From: Bacteroidota bacterium
Lineage (GTDB): Bacteria; Bacteroidota; Bacteroidia; AKYH767-A; OLB10
Direction of reading: 5' to 3'
DNA: 64,000 nucleotides
Assembly (NCBI GenBank): GCA_016713445.1
Contig: JADJPB010000001.1
Span: forward strand, 726,572 to 790,571
Shown: in pieces, positions 62,724 to 64,000 of the stretch
Numbering within the stretch: the first letter of the stretch is position 1
How the letters are laid out: each line of letters starts with the position of its first letter
Notes under the pieces: model-generated
The model's input: the letters and a program-made list of their open reading frames with translations, nothing else
Database searches by the model: none
What the model was told of the DNA's origin: nothing
Program-made: the position numbers and the translations under genes

Positions 62724-63617
62724 TTAATTCGCAATAATGGTATCATAACTTGCCGTATAAGTTGCAAACAATCCTCTTCCTCCAGTAATGTTCGATTTTA
62801 CATTAGAAGGAACTGCAAAAGGACTTCCATTACTCGAAACTTGATTTTCTGCATCACGCCAGAATTCATAAGTTGCAAAATCGGTGGAACAAAATTTCAC
62901 AACAATAGTATCCCCCTTCTTATAAAATCCTGCTTCTTCATTATTATCTTCTTCTGCTTCCGAATTTTGTATCTCTCCGCGATTATATGGAAAGTTAAAT
63001 GAACGACCATTAATAAATCTATCTTCGAAGATCGATCCTAAAGGTGCAATAAAAAAATCATCTTTGTTCAATCGCTTTGCAAACCATCGATATGAATTAC
63101 CCAAAGTATCTGGATCCGTAAGTCGAGCCCAAGCCCAACCTAAGCTATCCAAATCTTCTTGTACTTTAAACCATGTACTATCAAGTGGAACGGGCATTGG
63201 AAGCAATGCTGATGCAGTTAATTGCTCTCCAGAATTCGTGCTAATGCTCAACTGATAAGTGGTTCCCGGTGTTCCAATCATGGTAGGAAGAAAAGTTACC
63301 GAATCAAGAGCTACATAAAATCCACCTAGAGATACTCCATTTACAGTGGTATCAATTTCTGTAAGCTTAACCGTATCGATGCCATTGCTGATGTAAACAG
63401 AAGCGCCACGAACCGGTAAATTGTTGATGGTATTTTGTCCTATGGGATCAAAGTACGGTTCCGTACGACTAAGAATCACATAAGGAGGTAATCCATTTTC
63501 CACATATCCTTCAACCACTACTTTTTGATCGATAGGTGGCAAATCCAAATTAATATTTTTCTCGCATGAACTTATCATGACAACACTAAGAATTACGAAT
63601 AACAAATACTTCTTCAT
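62724..63617 (-). CDS. DUF4249 family lipoprotein (typical downstream partner of a TonB-dependent receptor)
   Basis: Lipoprotein signal MKKYLLFVILSVVMISSC; 297 aa; lies directly downstream of a TonB-dependent receptor C-terminus. Confidence 0.5.
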   Translation of the reverse strand: MKKYLLFVILSVVMISSCEKNINLDLPPIDQKVVVEGYVENGLPPYVILSRTEPYFDPIGQNTINNLPVRGASVYISNGIDTVKLTEIDTTVNGVSLGGFYVALDSVTFLPTMIGTPGTTYQLSISTNSGEQLTASALLPMPVPLDSTWFKVQEDLDSLGWAWARLTDPDTLGNSYRWFAKRLNKDDFFIAPLGSIFEDRFINGRSFNFPYNRGEIQNSEAEEDNNEEAGFYKKGDTIVVKFCSTDFATYEFWRDAENQVSSNGSPFAVPSNVKSNITGGRGLFATYTASYDTIIAN

Positions 63618-63619
63618 GG

Positions 63620-64000
63620 TTAAAATTTAAAATTATAAGTAACTGATGGAATCACACTGAAGAGTGATACTTGTTTAGCTTGTACTTTTTGATTTCCGTC
63701 TTGACTATTTCCTTGCACATCGAAATAAATGAAATATGGATTTTGTCGACCGTAGAAATTATAAACGGCAAACACCCATTCTGTCTCGTAGTTGCGTTGC
63801 TTTTGACTTCTTAACGTTGCGGAAAAATCAAGTCGGTGATATGCTTTTTGTCTAAAATCATTTCGTTTATCGTATCCGCTAAGGATGTAAAAATTGTTAT
63901 TCACGCCAATCTCACCATTTGTATTAATATCTACTGGGGGGCCTGCCGACATAAAATACCTTTCCGCAGGTAGTGTTAATGCATCACCGGTAGCATACAC
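63620..64000 (-). CDS. TonB-dependent receptor, C-terminal beta-barrel portion (gene continues beyond the window)
   Basis: Ends …SLFSVIPSVTYNFKF* with a terminal aromatic residue and alternating beta-strand pattern. Confidence 0.55.
   Translation of the reverse strand: MYATGDALTLPAERYFMSAGPPVDINTNGEIGVNNNFYILSGYDKRNDFRQKAYHRLDFSATLRSQKQRNYETEWVFAVYNFYGRQNPYFIYFDVQGNSQDGNQKVQAKQVSLFSVIPSVTYNFKF

Overview
This 64-kb window is a chromosomal segment of a Bacteroidota-type genome: AT-rich, with a short-form sigma-A, five proteins carrying T9SS C-terminal sorting domains, and TIGR02436-like four-helix-bundle genes. It is mostly housekeeping and envelope genes. Readable genes include rpsO, pnp, rpoD, rpe, a TPR-adenylate cyclase, a YqiJ/flotillin pair, mltG, a multiheme cytochrome c, dapF, htrA, a second sigma-A paralog, a GAPDH-like gene, tRNA-His, a CopA-like P-type ATPase, a flippase, bshB1, a System I ccmBCDEF cluster, cobB, an fmt remnant, a MATE transporter, a nucleoside phosphorylase, two UspA genes, recQ, cdaA, a TMTC-like TPR membrane protein, an SDR, tRNA-Lys, a Kv-type K+ channel, a sensor kinase, an AraC regulator, a DUF4249 protein and a TonB-dependent receptor tail. 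Three points stand out. (1) At least 15 genes, including rpsO, pnp, rpe, dapF and htrA, are split by single-base indels that fall in homopolymer runs in every case I could reconstruct by hand, so most apparent pseudogenes are probably sequencing errors. (2) A 1.7-kb non-coding composite tandem array sits immediately 3' of tRNA-Lys and reiterates the tRNA 3' end plus its flank three times; it resembles repeated integration at the tRNA att site or an array of structured-RNA or miniature-element units, and it is the best candidate for something undescribed. (3) Two Avd-like four-helix-bundle genes each sit inside a cassette bounded by simple-repeat arrays (an ATCGAG-type microsatellite for one, inverted GCTAGC repeats for the other). 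There is also a 31-bp GTTAAC-containing tandem array overlapping the stop codon of the cyclase gene, fmt and a DUF2520 gene with internal deletions of about 300 bp each, two sigma-A paralogs, and clusters of perfect palindromes in two intergenic regions.
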